A stretch of 32,918 bases of DNA. Source: Rhizaria sp. SCN 62-66 (taxonomy: Eukaryota). Positions 19,279 through 29,873 of this stretch are shown here, piece by piece. The DNA lies in NCBI GenBank assembly GCA_001724265.1, contig MEDY01000393.1, positions 1 to 32,918 on the forward strand, read 5' to 3'. The stretch's first letter is position 1. Each line of letters starts with the position of its first letter. The notes below the pieces were generated by a model, which saw nothing but the letters and a program-made list of their open reading frames with translations, did no database searches and was not told where the DNA came from. The position numbers and the translations under genes were made by a program.

Positions 19279-21282
19279 ATGCCTCCCGCTGCCTCTGCTG
19301 CCCCCGCACCTGCGGCGCCGGGCCGCCCGCTGCGCATCGCGTTCCTGCACCCCGACTTGGGCATTGGCGGCGCGGAGCGGCTGGTGGTGGACGCTGCGCT
19401 GGCGCTGCAGGAGTGCGGGCACCTGGTGGACATCTTCACTTCCCACCACGACCCGGCGCACTGCTTCGAGGAGACGCGCAACGGCACGCTCCGCGTCTTC
19501 GTCTCGGGCGATCACCTCCCGCGCTCCTTCTTCGGCGCCGGCGCGATCCTCTGCGCCATCCTGCGCAATCTCTGGGCGGGCTGCTCGATCCTCTCCTCCT
19601 GGTGCGACGCCGGCCCCCAGCTCAACGCCGCAGGCACGGCCCCGCTGCCCGGCGTGCCGCTGGCCAACTACGACGTCTTCTTCGTTGACCAGCTCTCGAT
19701 CGCGCTCCCACTGCTCTGCGCCGCGCCCGCGACCGCGCGCTCCTTCTTCTACTGTCACTTCCCCGATCAACTACTGACCCGCCGCACGTCGCTGCTCAAG
19801 CGGCTCTACCGCCTGCCCTTTGACGTCGCCGAGGAGCTCACCACGGGCGCCGCCGACGCCATCGTTGTCAACTCGCGCTTCACGGCGCAGACCTACGCCG
19901 CCACGTTTGCCCGCCTCGCCGCGCGCGGCCCGCGCTGCCAGCCCGCAGTGCTGTACCCTTCGATCAACTTCGCGCGCTACGACGACAACCGGCGCTACGA
20001 CGTGGCGCTGGCCGCGCTGCTCGGCCGCTGGGCCGTCGAGACCGGTTCCGTCGAGACCGGCGCAGTCAAGACCGGCGACGCCGACGCGCTCGCTGCGTTC
20101 ATCGCCAGGCTCGAGGCCGTGCCAGCGCCCCTCCCGACCCCGCTCTCTAACAGCAACAACAACAACAATAACAAGACTGGGGATGTTGTTGCTGCTACTG
20201 TTGATCTGGACACTGCGTTCGAGACGCAGACGCCTCTGTCGGCGTTCGTCTTCCTGTCTATCAACCGCTACGAGCGCAAGAAGGACATTGGCGTCGCCGT
20301 GCGCGCCTTTGCCCTGGCCAAGGCCGCCGGCGCGCTGCCCTCCCGCGCCGCGCCCGCGGTGCTCCACACCAGCGACGGCTTCGTCAACGGCGGCAAGAAC
20401 AACATCGATAACATCAGCGGCGGCAGCGCGGGCGTCGGCGTGGTGCGCCGCGTGTTTACTTCCGCTCGGCTGGTCGTTGCGGGCGGCTTCGACCCGCGCG
20501 TGGAGGAGAACTTCTCCCACCACGCAGAGCTGCGCGCGCTTGCCACCAGCCTCGGGCTCACAGTCACGGACTACCCCTACTTGCCTCCCGGCACCAGCGC
20601 CGCCGCCGTCACTGACACCGCGGCCGCGTGGGACGCCGCTGCGGACGTAGTGTTCGTGCGGTCCTTCACGGAGCCGCAGCGGCAGTCGCTGCTGCGGCGC
20701 GCGCAGGCCGTGCTCTACACGCCCACGGGCGAGCACTTCGGCATCGTGCCCGTGGAGAGCATGTTCGCGCGCCGGCCCGTCGTCGCGTGCGCCTCGGGCG
20801 GGCCGCTCGAGAGCGTCGCCACGTCGCTCGGCACCGCCACCGGGGTGCTCTGCACGCCCGGCAGCGCCGAGTCCTTCGCAGAGGCCATGGGCCGACTCGC
20901 GCGCTCCACAACGGCGAGCAAGAGCGAGAGCGAGAGCAGTGATGTGAGCGGGAGTGTGAAGCAGCTGTCCGAGGTGGCCGCGATGGGCGACCGTGGGCCG
21001 GCGCACGTGCAGCGGCTCTTTTCCTTCGACACGTTCAAGCAGCAGCTCCAGGGCCACGTCCTTGCGCTGGCTGCCGACGGCGCCCGCGCCGCTGCCAAGG
21101 ACGTCGGTGCGGAGGAAAGCGGGTCGTATGGGCCCGCGCTGAGGCGCGCATGGGCGCGGCTGGGCAGCTCGCCGCGCGGCCGGCTAGCGGCCGTGGGCGT
21201 CGTGCTGGGCGCCGTGTTCGCGCTGCTCTTTCTGCTGTTCGCGGTGGTGCTCACCCTCGTGCTCAGCGCTCTGCTCAAGTGA
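19279..21282 (+). CDS. ALG2: Alpha-1,3/1,6-mannosyltransferase ALG2 (GT4)
   Basis: IAFLHPDLGIGGAERLVVDAA, FYCHFPDQLL, VNSRFT, FLSINRYERKKDI, EHFGIVPVESM and a C-terminal TM segment. Ends TGA. Confidence 0.95.
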   Translation: MPPAASAAPAPAAPGRPLRIAFLHPDLGIGGAERLVVDAALALQECGHLVDIFTSHHDPAHCFEETRNGTLRVFVSGDHLPRSFFGAGAILCAILRNLWAGCSILSSWCDAGPQLNAAGTAPLPGVPLANYDVFFVDQLSIALPLLCAAPATARSFFYCHFPDQLLTRRTSLLKRLYRLPFDVAEELTTGAADAIVVNSRFTAQTYAATFARLAARGPRCQPAVLYPSINFARYDDNRRYDVALAALLGRWAVETGSVETGAVKTGDADALAAFIARLEAVPAPLPTPLSNSNNNNNNKTGDVVAATVDLDTAFETQTPLSAFVFLSINRYERKKDIGVAVRAFALAKAAGALPSRAAPAVLHTSDGFVNGGKNNIDNISGGSAGVGVVRRVFTSARLVVAGGFDPRVEENFSHHAELRALATSLGLTVTDYPYLPPGTSAAAVTDTAAAWDAAADVVFVRSFTEPQRQSLLRRAQAVLYTPTGEHFGIVPVESMFARRPVVACASGGPLESVATSLGTATGVLCTPGSAESFAEAMGRLARSTTASKSESESSDVSGSVKQLSEVAAMGDRGPAHVQRLFSFDTFKQQLQGHVLALAADGARAAAKDVGAEESGSYGPALRRAWARLGSSPRGRLAAVGVVLGAVFALLFLLFAVVLTLVLSALLK

Positions 21283-21932
21283 ACGCTCTGATGCAAACTT
21301 GAAAGAAAAGTTGATTCGGGATTGTTTGCCAAAACACGCGTGCTTCTGTATGCGCAATATTTGTATGATAACTAGATTGGTCATGATTAATGTACAGCCA
21401 CTGCGGCACATGACCTGCAACATCATCTCACCGCTAATCGGCACGGTGTCCGACACAACCACCAGCTGTACGTATTAATGTGGTCAATGCAAGTTAGCTT
21501 TGGGCCCACGAAGTTCTATAGCATCATTGCATGTCATTACATGATGGTCATTGAAAGAATATACACTTGTGTATTGTTGATAGAATAGAGCAACTGGAAG
21601 ATCGTCACGTGAAAATAATATTAATGGTTATAAAGGCTAAATAGTCATGATAAGTATTAACGCATCTGCAAACAAAACAAAACCGTCTTCTGTTGCATTG
21701 CTTATGATGCTCTTTCTTGCTGCTGCAAGTCACTCGCATGTCATAGTTTGTTTGCGCCAACACGAAAGAGCGTGCTGTAAAAAGCTACATCGCACAGCAA
21801 CTTTCACGCACAGTTCGAAAAGCACTTGAACACAAACAAAAAGACTAGCATACTGAGACGGTAAAGAGAAGAACTCGTCGAAGTAAATAAGTTAACTCGC
21901 GCACGCCGCTTGTCAAAGCCACATTGCGCTGC

Positions 21933-24900
21933 TCAGGCCTTAAAGTTCTTGAGGAAGGGCTCCTCAAAGATGGCCAGCACGTCGGGCCGGTCGCTGGGCG
22001 CCAGAGACAGACACTTGCGGATGAAGTCCTTGGCGGCCTCGGACACGATGGGCTTGGCGGGGAACTCAACGGTCAGCTTCGCGGCGGCCGCGGCAGCCGT
22101 GGCGCCCGCGCCGGCCCCCGCGGCGCCGTGCGCCATCATGAGCTCGACGCCCGCCTGGCCGGGGCCGAAGGGGCGGCGGCCAAAGAGCATCTGGAAGAGG
22201 ATGACCCCGCAGGACCAGACGTCGACGGCGGCGGTGATGTGGGGCCGGTGCGCGGTGACGAAGCACTCGGGCGGCAGGTACGGCAGCGTGCCCGCGCCCT
22301 GCGACGTGAGCTCGATGCTCATCTCCTGCTCGTCGACCAGCTTCGACAGCCCGAAATCGGTGATCTTGACCTCACCCTTGTGGAACAAGATGTTGGCCGG
22401 CTTGAGGTCATAGTGAATCACCTTCTTGCGCTGCTCGTTGAGGTATTTGAGCGCGGAGAACACCTGCATGATGATGATGCGAGCCTCGCGCTCGGCCAGC
22501 GTGTCGTGCTCCTTGAGGTACGAGTCCAGGTCGCCGTCAGCGCACAGGTCCAGCACAGTCACCAGCGTCGACGAGTCGATTTTGAACACGTCCGTGAGAC
22601 GCACCACGCGCGGGTGTTGGAGCTCGCGCTGGATGGCGCTCTCGCGCATCACATGCTTCAGGTAGTTGCGCCGCCGGTCCTCGGACCACGATGCGTTGAG
22701 CTGGTGGATCTTGCAAGCCACGAAGCGCAGCTCTTGAAGGTCGTAGGCGCGGAAAACTTCGGAGAAGCCGCCCTTGCCGAGCATTTCGAGGAATAGGTAG
22801 CGCTGGTCGATGATGTGGTAGCCGGCAAACTTGCTCGCGGCCTCGTCCAGGAAGAGCCGCTCGGCCTTGATGAGCTTGCGCTTCTGCAGCTCCAGCTCCT
22901 CTAGCTGCACCTGCAGCGCGGCCGTGTCGCGCTTGTTGTTAGACAGCCGCTGACGGAAGACCTCGTCTAGTTCGGCCGCGTCGTGCGCGCTCATGCTCGC
23001 TGACACGACCACGCCGCCCGGGGACACGAAGCTGCCCGCCTCGTCCGCCGCCGTCGTCGACATAGCTGCGGCAGATGCAGTCGCCGCGGAGGCGGGGGCC
23101 GAGGGCGAGTCCGAGGTGGCGATGCCGGAGCCGCCGGAGACGAGGTCAAGCAGCTCACCGTCGGACATGAGCTCGCCCGCCGCCGCGGCCGCCGCGGCCG
23201 CCGCCGCCTGCTGCTGCTGCTTGTTGGTCTTCTTGGTTTGCAGCGCGCGCACCTTCTGCAGCCGCTTGCGCGCGGCCTCGACCTCGTTGCGCTCCTCGGT
23301 CAAGGCGCGTAGCCGCTGCGAGGCCTCCTTGAGCAGCTCGCCGTCCTCCCACGCCTCCATGCTGCCCATGCCGCCGCCGCCGCCCGCCGCGCCCGCCGCG
23401 CCCGCGCCCGCGCCGCCGTTGCCTGCGCCGGCGATGTGGACCGCGGCGGCGTCGTAGAGCACGACGAGGCGGCCGATGCTGGCGCGCTTGCTCTGCAGCG
23501 TGCGGTCCAACTCGCGTCGCGCCTTGCTGGCGAGCGCGCGCATCGTCTCCACCAGCGACGCCGTGGCCTCGCTAGCGCGCTCCTGCGCCTGCCGCACCTG
23601 CGCCTGCAGCGCGGTCGCCGCGTGCTCCTGCTGCATCTGCCGCAGCTCCCACTCGCGCGCGCGCGCCGCGGCCTCGGCCGCGGCCGCCGCGGCGGCGTCG
23701 GCTGCGCGCGCCGTTGCGGCGGCCTCGATGGCGGCCTCGCGCGCAGCGAGCCGCTCCGAGAGCAGCGCCTTGATGCGCGCCACCTCGTTCAGCAGCAGCG
23801 GCTTGAACTGGTCCGGCAGCGTCGTCAGGCCGGCTGCAGCGCCATTGCCGTTGTTGTTGGTATTGCTGCCGTTGGGGCTAGCTGCCGCTGAAGAGGCTGA
23901 GGAGGACGCGGACGCGGCGGCGGCGGCGGCCACGGCGGCGGCGGCGTTGGCAACCGACGCCGTCGCCGCCGAGGGGTAGAATGTGGGCCCCTCGTCCTCG
24001 ATCACCACAGCGGTGTTGTAGCTGCTGCCGCTGCTGCTGCTGGGGCCGTTGCCGTTGAACAGCGCAGTGCCAGTGCCAGCGCCAGCGCGCGAGCTGGAGC
24101 CGGACGCGAAGGCAGGCGCTGGCGCGGGCGCGGCGCGCTTGCCGGGGGTCACCGACGACGACGATGCAGACGCAGAGGTCGAGGACGACGAGTTGTGGCT
24201 GCGAGAGAAGTACTTGGTGATGGACGACTTGCTGCGACTCTCAACGCTGTTGGCGCCCCCACCGCCGCCGCTGCCGCCGCCAGCAGCAGCCGCGGCGGCG
24301 GCCGAGTTGGGGCTGGGGCTCGGGTTGGCGTTGGCGCCGGTGCTCGCTGCGTGGCCGCCGCCGCTGCCGGTGGCCGGGGGCGTGGAGTCAGTCCCGGCGC
24401 GCGGCTTAGAGGGGGACAGGTACGCGCTCTCAGTCGCGCTCGCAGTCGCCGCCACAGAATTCGCTCCAGTGCCTGCAGCGTTGGGGTTGACCAGCAGCAC
24501 GTCGTCGTCGTCCTCGTCCTCGCCGCCGCCGTTCGCATTGCTGCAGCCCGCAACAGCGTTGTGGATGATGCTGGGCATCGCGGGGACTGCGCTGGCGGTC
24601 TTGGAACGCTTGGGGGGCGCGCCGCCCTTGCGGCCGTCACTGCCGCCGCGCCCGTCGCTGCCCCCGCGCGCGCCACCGCCGGACGCCGGGGGCGCCGAGG
24701 GCGAGGCCGCAGTGGCCGCGGTGGCAACCACGGACGCTACTGCAGTGGGCGTGGTCGCAGCGGCAGCGCCGGCGGCCGAGGCAGCGGGGTTGGGGGAGGC
24801 GGCGTTGGTCGGCGACACGGCGGGAAAGAGCGCCACGGCGGGGTGCGCGGGCAACGCGGCCGTGGATGCCGCCGTCGAGGTCGAGGCCAGCAGCGGCAGC

Positions 24901-25319
24901 GGCGGGCGCTTGGCGGAGCCGTGGTGGCTGCCGCCGCTGAAGGCGCCGACGTCGACGCCCACCTGCGCCAGCGCGCCCGCCGCGCCGGAAACGCTGCGCG
25001 AGCGCAACAACATGTCGTCCTCGACGGCGAGGAGCTTGTGCTCGACGCCATTGACCTCGCCGCGGCCCGTTGCGGTGTCGAACCGGAACGCGGGACGCGG
25101 CAGCGTGCGGGGCGCGGCCGCCGAGGACGACGACGAGGCGTCGGCTGCGGCGGCAGAATTGCCGGCATTAACGGCGCTCGGTGCAGGACCGATGCCAAAG
25201 CCGATTTGTGAGTGTCCGTCGGTAGAGTCTCCGGCAAGACGCGCCTCGAGAAGGTGCATTTTAGCCGCGTTGCTCAGGAGTTCCGCTGCGTGCGAGGAGT
25301 GCTGTGAGTTGTCGCTCAT
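21933..25319 (-). CDS. TLK: Tousled-like Ser/Thr kinase
   Basis: N-terminal LLEARL motif, coiled coil, EAWEDG, and kinase domain LGKGGFSEVFRAYDL, VACKIHQLN, IHYDLKPANIL, KITDFGLSK, ELTSQGAGT. Start taken as ATG 25319-25317. Ends TGA. Confidence 0.95.
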   Translation of the reverse strand: MSDNSQHSSHAAELLSNAAKMHLLEARLAGDSTDGHSQIGFGIGPAPSAVNAGNSAAAADASSSSSAAAPRTLPRPAFRFDTATGRGEVNGVEHKLLAVEDDMLLRSRSVSGAAGALAQVGVDVGAFSGGSHHGSAKRPPLPLLASTSTAASTAALPAHPAVALFPAVSPTNAASPNPAASAAGAAAATTPTAVASVVATAATAASPSAPPASGGGARGGSDGRGGSDGRKGGAPPKRSKTASAVPAMPSIIHNAVAGCSNANGGGEDEDDDDVLLVNPNAAGTGANSVAATASATESAYLSPSKPRAGTDSTPPATGSGGGHAASTGANANPSPSPNSAAAAAAAGGGSGGGGGANSVESRSKSSITKYFSRSHNSSSSTSASASSSSVTPGKRAAPAPAPAFASGSSSRAGAGTGTALFNGNGPSSSSGSSYNTAVVIEDEGPTFYPSAATASVANAAAAVAAAAAASASSSASSAAASPNGSNTNNNGNGAAAGLTTLPDQFKPLLLNEVARIKALLSERLAAREAAIEAAATARAADAAAAAAAEAAARAREWELRQMQQEHAATALQAQVRQAQERASEATASLVETMRALASKARRELDRTLQSKRASIGRLVVLYDAAAVHIAGAGNGGAGAGAAGAAGGGGGMGSMEAWEDGELLKEASQRLRALTEERNEVEAARKRLQKVRALQTKKTNKQQQQAAAAAAAAAAGELMSDGELLDLVSGGSGIATSDSPSAPASAATASAAAMSTTAADEAGSFVSPGGVVVSASMSAHDAAELDEVFRQRLSNNKRDTAALQVQLEELELQKRKLIKAERLFLDEAASKFAGYHIIDQRYLFLEMLGKGGFSEVFRAYDLQELRFVACKIHQLNASWSEDRRRNYLKHVMRESAIQRELQHPRVVRLTDVFKIDSSTLVTVLDLCADGDLDSYLKEHDTLAEREARIIIMQVFSALKYLNEQRKKVIHYDLKPANILFHKGEVKITDFGLSKLVDEQEMSIELTSQGAGTLPYLPPECFVTAHRPHITAAVDVWSCGVILFQMLFGRRPFGPGQAGVELMMAHGAAGAGAGATAAAAAAKLTVEFPAKPIVSEAAKDFIRKCLSLAPSDRPDVLAIFEEPFLKNFKA

Positions 25320-25913
25320 GTTGCCCCCACACACCCCGTCCGGAGCTATACAAAGTCTGAAAAGGAGCTATAAAAACAAATTATACATTAAAAACACGTG
25401 TAAGTCGCCTTTGCAAAGTCAAACCGCTTTTTTAATGGGCTTTCACGGCATACAACCATGATTCAGTTTGGGCGCGAGAGTGGATCTGACGGCGCGCTCG
25501 GCGACCGCTCAGCACCGGTCGAACACCAGCTGATCGAGAGCCTGCTGGCAATCTGGCCCGTTGTGTGGTGATCTTGAGACATGCCGCAACCGGCCTCAGT
25601 GACCGTCTTTTTGTAAATCAGTGGTACTTTGACAAAGAATATCTTTCTGGATTTCTGTTCACTTTTCTTTCTTTTCTTTCTGTGCTCTGGAACAGCTTCT
25701 TTCCTCCACATCCGCAGGACACGAACGTTCCGTTAAAACGCGTTTGTCGCTTCCGTCCGTTTGTCTTGTAGCAGACGACAGTCCGGTCTGAGCCCGCTCC
25801 CACAGGCTTGCCCCGGTTTTCCACCGCCGCGTAAAGCGTCCCCTTTGCCACACTTGCATTCGCGTTGACCGCGCCCGCGTTGCCTCGCGCCGCCAGCAGC
25901 TCCGCCAGACACC

Positions 25914-28832
25914 ATGGTCCGCATCAGCCTTAAGGGTGGCGTGTGGAAGAATAATGAGGACGAGGTCCTCAAGGCGGGCGTCATGAAGTACGGCAAGAAC
26001 AACTGGTCGCGCGTCGCCTCGCTCATCAACGGCAAAACGCCCAAGGAATGCAAGGCGCGCTGGTTCGAGTGGCTGGACCCCTCGATCAAGAAAACTGAAT
26101 GGACGCGCGAAGAGGAAGAGAAGCTGCTGCAGCTCGCCAAGATCTTCCCCGCGCAGTGGCGCACCATCGCGCCCATGCTCTCGCGCACCGCGCACCAGTG
26201 CATTGACCACTTCCGCCTACTGCAGGACACGGCGCTCCAGCGCGAGCGCGCGGCCGCAGACCCGACGGGCGCGGCTGCCGCGCTAGCGGCCTCGGCCACG
26301 GGCGTGGGCGCGCGGCGCCTGCTGCCGGGCGAGATCGACCACGCGCCCGAGACGAAGCCCGCGCGGCCGGACCCCGTGGACATGGACGACGAGGACAAGG
26401 AGATGCTGCAGGAGGTGCGCGCGCGCCTGGCCAACACCAAGGGCAAGAAGGCGACGCGCAAGGCCCGCGAGAAGCACCTCGAGGAGGCGCAGCGGCTGGC
26501 GCAGCTGCAGAAGCTGCGCGAGCTCCGCGCCGCGGGCATCGACGCCAAGGCGCGCGTGAAGAAGAAGGGCAACGAGATCGACTACGCGGCTGAGATCCCG
26601 TTCCACCACGCCGCGCCCGCCGGTCCCTTCGACACGGCCGGTGACCGCGAGCGCGCCGAGGGGCTGCGCGCGGCCGCCGCGGCCGGGTTTATCGGCGCTG
26701 ACGTGGGGCAGCTCAACGGCGAGAGCGCGGCGCAGCGCGAGGCACGCGAGCGCGTCAAGGACGCCCAACGCGAGCGCGTGCACCGCGAAACGGCGTTGCC
26801 GGCGCTCATCCAGCGCCTCAACGCTGCCAACGACCCCGCGCAGATCAAGGCTCGCGCGCCGCTGGCGCTGCCCGCGCCCCAGGTCTCGGGCCAGGGACTG
26901 CAGGCGCTCGCCCGCGCGGGCGCGCTGGCGGCCGCGCTGGCCGACACGGCGCGCGCCGCCGCGGCGGGGGCGCTGGTCACTGGCGTGCGCGGCGGCGTCA
27001 GCGACGCAGACCACGTCATGCGCGAAGTGTTGACCATCACCAAGCTCCAGAAGGGCGGCGACGCCGCCGCTGATGATGCTGCGGCTGCGGCAGTCGACTC
27101 TGCACTCAAGACTGGCTTCACTGGCGTCGTCGCCGCCCGCACCAAGACGGCCGCGCACACCGCCGCGCCCCTCGCCGCCGCCGCCGCCGCCGCCGCCGCA
27201 TCTGCTGCGACTGGAGCAGCGCCCGGGCCGCGCCCCAAGGCCCTTGCGCCGCGCAGCGCCGCCGCGGCCGCGGCCGCCGCGGCGGAGCAGTCGCGCAAGC
27301 GTCTGCGCTCGCTGTTCGCTGCGCTGCCCGCGTCCGAGGGCGAGTACCAGCTGGTGTGGCCCGAGCTCCCGCGCCTCGACGCGCGCGACACCGCCGCCGC
27401 CGCCGCCGCCACTGCGGGCGCGGGCGCGGGCGTGACCCAGCTGCTGCACACGGCGAGCGCGGGCGCGCTCGCCGCCGCCGTGGCCGCCGCGGGCGACGAC
27501 GACGACGACGAGGACGCTGAGGCCAAGGCCGGCCGCGCTCTTGCCGCGCGCGCGCTGGCCGCCGACCGCGCCGTGCGCGGACTCCCCGCGCCGCTGCCGC
27601 GCGCGCTGCCGCGGCCCACGCGCGTCAACGCTGCCGCCGGCGCGGGCGTTAACGAGGCGCTCGCCGCCCTCGCCGCTAGCTCTGCCACTGTGACCCCGAC
27701 TGTGGACGCGGACGGCTGCCCGCCTGAGGTGGCCGCCGCCGTGGCCGCCGCCGCCGCGGCCGCCGCCGCCGCGCTGGCCGCCGCCGCTGACTCTGACGCG
27801 GCCAACCTGGCCCGCGCGCGCGCCGCCGTAGCCGCGGAGACGGTCGTGGTGCTGCGCCGCGCGGCCGCCGCCGTGCCCGCCGCGCTGACCGAGCCCGCGG
27901 CCGCCGCGCCGCCCGCCAGCACGACCGGCGCTGTGGCGCTGCCGCTGCCCGCCGCGGCGCCCGCGACGGCCGCGCTCAAGGCGCACGCGCTCTCCGTCGC
28001 CATGGCGGCCACCGCGGGCGCGCCGGCCGTGGTGCCGTTCGCGCCCGCAGCCGAGGACGCGGCGGCCGACGCCGCAGCGGGCGTGACGGCGGCCTCGCTG
28101 GCCCGCGCGCGCGCGCTGGTGGCGGCCGAGGTGGCCCGGGCGGGCGTCGCGGGCGCGCTGCCGCCCGTTGCCGCCGACCAGACCAGGGGGCTCTACATCC
28201 GCAGTGCCGACGCCGACGCCGACGCTGCAGCCGCTGCGGCTGCCGAGGCGGCGAGCGCGCGCGCGGACGCCGTGCTGCGCGCGGAGGTGGCCGCCGCGCA
28301 CCTGCTGTGCGAGGGCGACGCGCTGCTTTTCGTGCCCGCGACGAAGCGGTTCGCCGTGGCAGCAACGCTGGCGCCCGCGGCGCGCGCGGCGGCCGAGGCG
28401 CAGGCCGTGGCGCTGCTGCGCGCGCAGGAGGCGCGTCTGCGCGCCCGCGCCGACGCGCTGGAGCAGCGGCTGGGCGTCGTGCTGGGCGGTTACAGCGCCA
28501 AGATGGCCGCCGCGGACAAGGAGGCGCGCGCGGCGTGGGCGCAGCTGGGGCAGGCACGCACCAACGCGGCGTGCTACAGGCTCATGCTGGAGCAGGAAGC
28601 GAGCGTGACCGTGGGCGCGCGCGTCGCGCGGCTGCGCGCCATGGTCGACGCGCAAAAGGAGCTCGAGGCGGCGCTGCAAGCCGAGTACGTCAAGGGTGTG
28701 CGCGCGCTCGAGGACGCCGTTGACCGGGCCGCCGCTGCCGCTGCTGCTGGTTCTGCAGCTGCTGAAGCTAGCGCTGCGACGACCTCGGTCTCTGCGGACA
28801 GTGGGAGTGCTGTGGCGATGGCTGATCAGTGA
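25914..28832 (+). CDS. CDC5L: Pre-mRNA splicing factor CDC5L/Cef1 (Prp19/NTC complex)
   Basis: KGGVWKNNEDEVLKA and WFEWLDPSIKKTEWTREEEEKLL Myb repeats, PETKPARPDPVDMDDEDKEML, RARLANTKGKKA, IDYAAEIPF and a C-terminal coiled coil. Ends TGA. Confidence 0.96.
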   Translation: MVRISLKGGVWKNNEDEVLKAGVMKYGKNNWSRVASLINGKTPKECKARWFEWLDPSIKKTEWTREEEEKLLQLAKIFPAQWRTIAPMLSRTAHQCIDHFRLLQDTALQRERAAADPTGAAAALAASATGVGARRLLPGEIDHAPETKPARPDPVDMDDEDKEMLQEVRARLANTKGKKATRKAREKHLEEAQRLAQLQKLRELRAAGIDAKARVKKKGNEIDYAAEIPFHHAAPAGPFDTAGDRERAEGLRAAAAAGFIGADVGQLNGESAAQREARERVKDAQRERVHRETALPALIQRLNAANDPAQIKARAPLALPAPQVSGQGLQALARAGALAAALADTARAAAAGALVTGVRGGVSDADHVMREVLTITKLQKGGDAAADDAAAAAVDSALKTGFTGVVAARTKTAAHTAAPLAAAAAAAAASAATGAAPGPRPKALAPRSAAAAAAAAAEQSRKRLRSLFAALPASEGEYQLVWPELPRLDARDTAAAAAATAGAGAGVTQLLHTASAGALAAAVAAAGDDDDDEDAEAKAGRALAARALAADRAVRGLPAPLPRALPRPTRVNAAAGAGVNEALAALAASSATVTPTVDADGCPPEVAAAVAAAAAAAAAALAAAADSDAANLARARAAVAAETVVVLRRAAAAVPAALTEPAAAAPPASTTGAVALPLPAAAPATAALKAHALSVAMAATAGAPAVVPFAPAAEDAAADAAAGVTAASLARARALVAAEVARAGVAGALPPVAADQTRGLYIRSADADADAAAAAAAEAASARADAVLRAEVAAAHLLCEGDALLFVPATKRFAVAATLAPAARAAAEAQAVALLRAQEARLRARADALEQRLGVVLGGYSAKMAAADKEARAAWAQLGQARTNAACYRLMLEQEASVTVGARVARLRAMVDAQKELEAALQAEYVKGVRALEDAVDRAAAAAAAGSAAAEASAATTSVSADSGSAVAMADQ

Positions 28833-29391
28833 GTGAGTTGTGTAAGCAATGATGCCTTTTTGAGTGGTGTCAATTTGTTTGTTTGTTGTTGCGGCGCTGT
28901 ATCATCCGTTTATTGTATTAAGCTAATTCATAAATAATAACTGTTCACTCGACAAGATATGATCCTCCTGTTAAGCTTAGCTATTACTGTTCTGCTCGTC
29001 TGTCACCGACCAGTTTGTTGGAACATATGTGCGTGACAAACAGTCATCATGAGCGCAAAGAGTATATCATGAATCGAATACCCACTCATGAAAATACAAC
29101 GTGAGGTATTAAGCTCCTACTCGTCGTATCATAAAGTGAAATCGACATCGAATAATTGCGCAGTGACGCCAGTGTAACAGAAAGACTTTCGGAGACGTAA
29201 CAGCCCCCAAGGAGTTCGTTTCAGTTGAACATCAAAGAACTAATATAAAACATTGTTTTAATTAAGAAATTGATAGATTAGTAAAGTATAATGTGTAACC
29301 TATTCCAGAAACAGTCAAAGTATATATGAAAAAAGTACATGTTTATATATTAAATTTCGGCACCAAAATTCATCAACTATAGATCCTTTCC

Positions 29392-29472
29392 GGTGTCGTA
29401 ACAAAGTGGTTACTGTGGAAGACTAGAAATCTTCTGCCTTCGGGCGCGTGAGTTCGAATCTCATCGACATCG
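29392..29472 (+). tRNA. tRNA-Ser(AGA)
   Basis: Acceptor GGTGTCG/CGACATC, anticodon arm GAAGA-CTAGAAA-TCTTC, long variable arm, T loop TTCGAAT, G73, T-run downstream. Confidence 0.95.
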
Positions 29473-29702
29473 TTTTATTTTTGTCGCTTCGCGCGGCGGC
29501 AAGTACTTTTGTTTTGCTTATCCCCGCCACGCGCACCACCGCCGCAAACTGTGGCGGTGGCTTCATGTTTAATTTTTCGGCCGGCAGAGTCATATTTCTT
29601 CTAGTCTACGCAAAGAGTTTATGAGGCAGCGGTACTGTGTTGGAACTCTGTAAATAAACCAAATGTGTCTTCAAATGTCATCAGGTTGTCTTACCTCGCT
29701 AA

Positions 29703-29783
29703 GGTGTCTTACCAAAGTGGTTACTGGGACTGACTACTAATCAGTTGCCTTCGGGCACGTGTGTTCGAATCACACAGACATCG
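29703..29783 (+). tRNA. tRNA-Ser(ACT), unusual anticodon, copy 1
   Basis: Acceptor GGTGTCT/AGACATC, anticodon arm ACTGA-CTACTAA-TCAGT (ACT at 29736-29738), variable arm TGCCTTCGGGCAC, T arm GTGTG-TTCGAAT-CACAC, G73, long T-run terminator. Confidence 0.93.
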
Positions 29784-29873
29784 CTCTTTTTTTTTTTGTC
29801 CCCGCCACGGTACCGCAGCCCCCCGAATAGTCACTGGAGCGCAAACTTTCAAAGCAACATAACAGCTCGCAAA

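Noticed and set aside
13806-28679. Long antisense or alternative-frame ORFs (e.g. 13806-16124 +, 19771-21057 -, 24049-25461 +, 26283-28679 -)
   Set aside because: They are shadows of GC3-rich real genes, rich in Arg/Gly/Ala and with no motifs.
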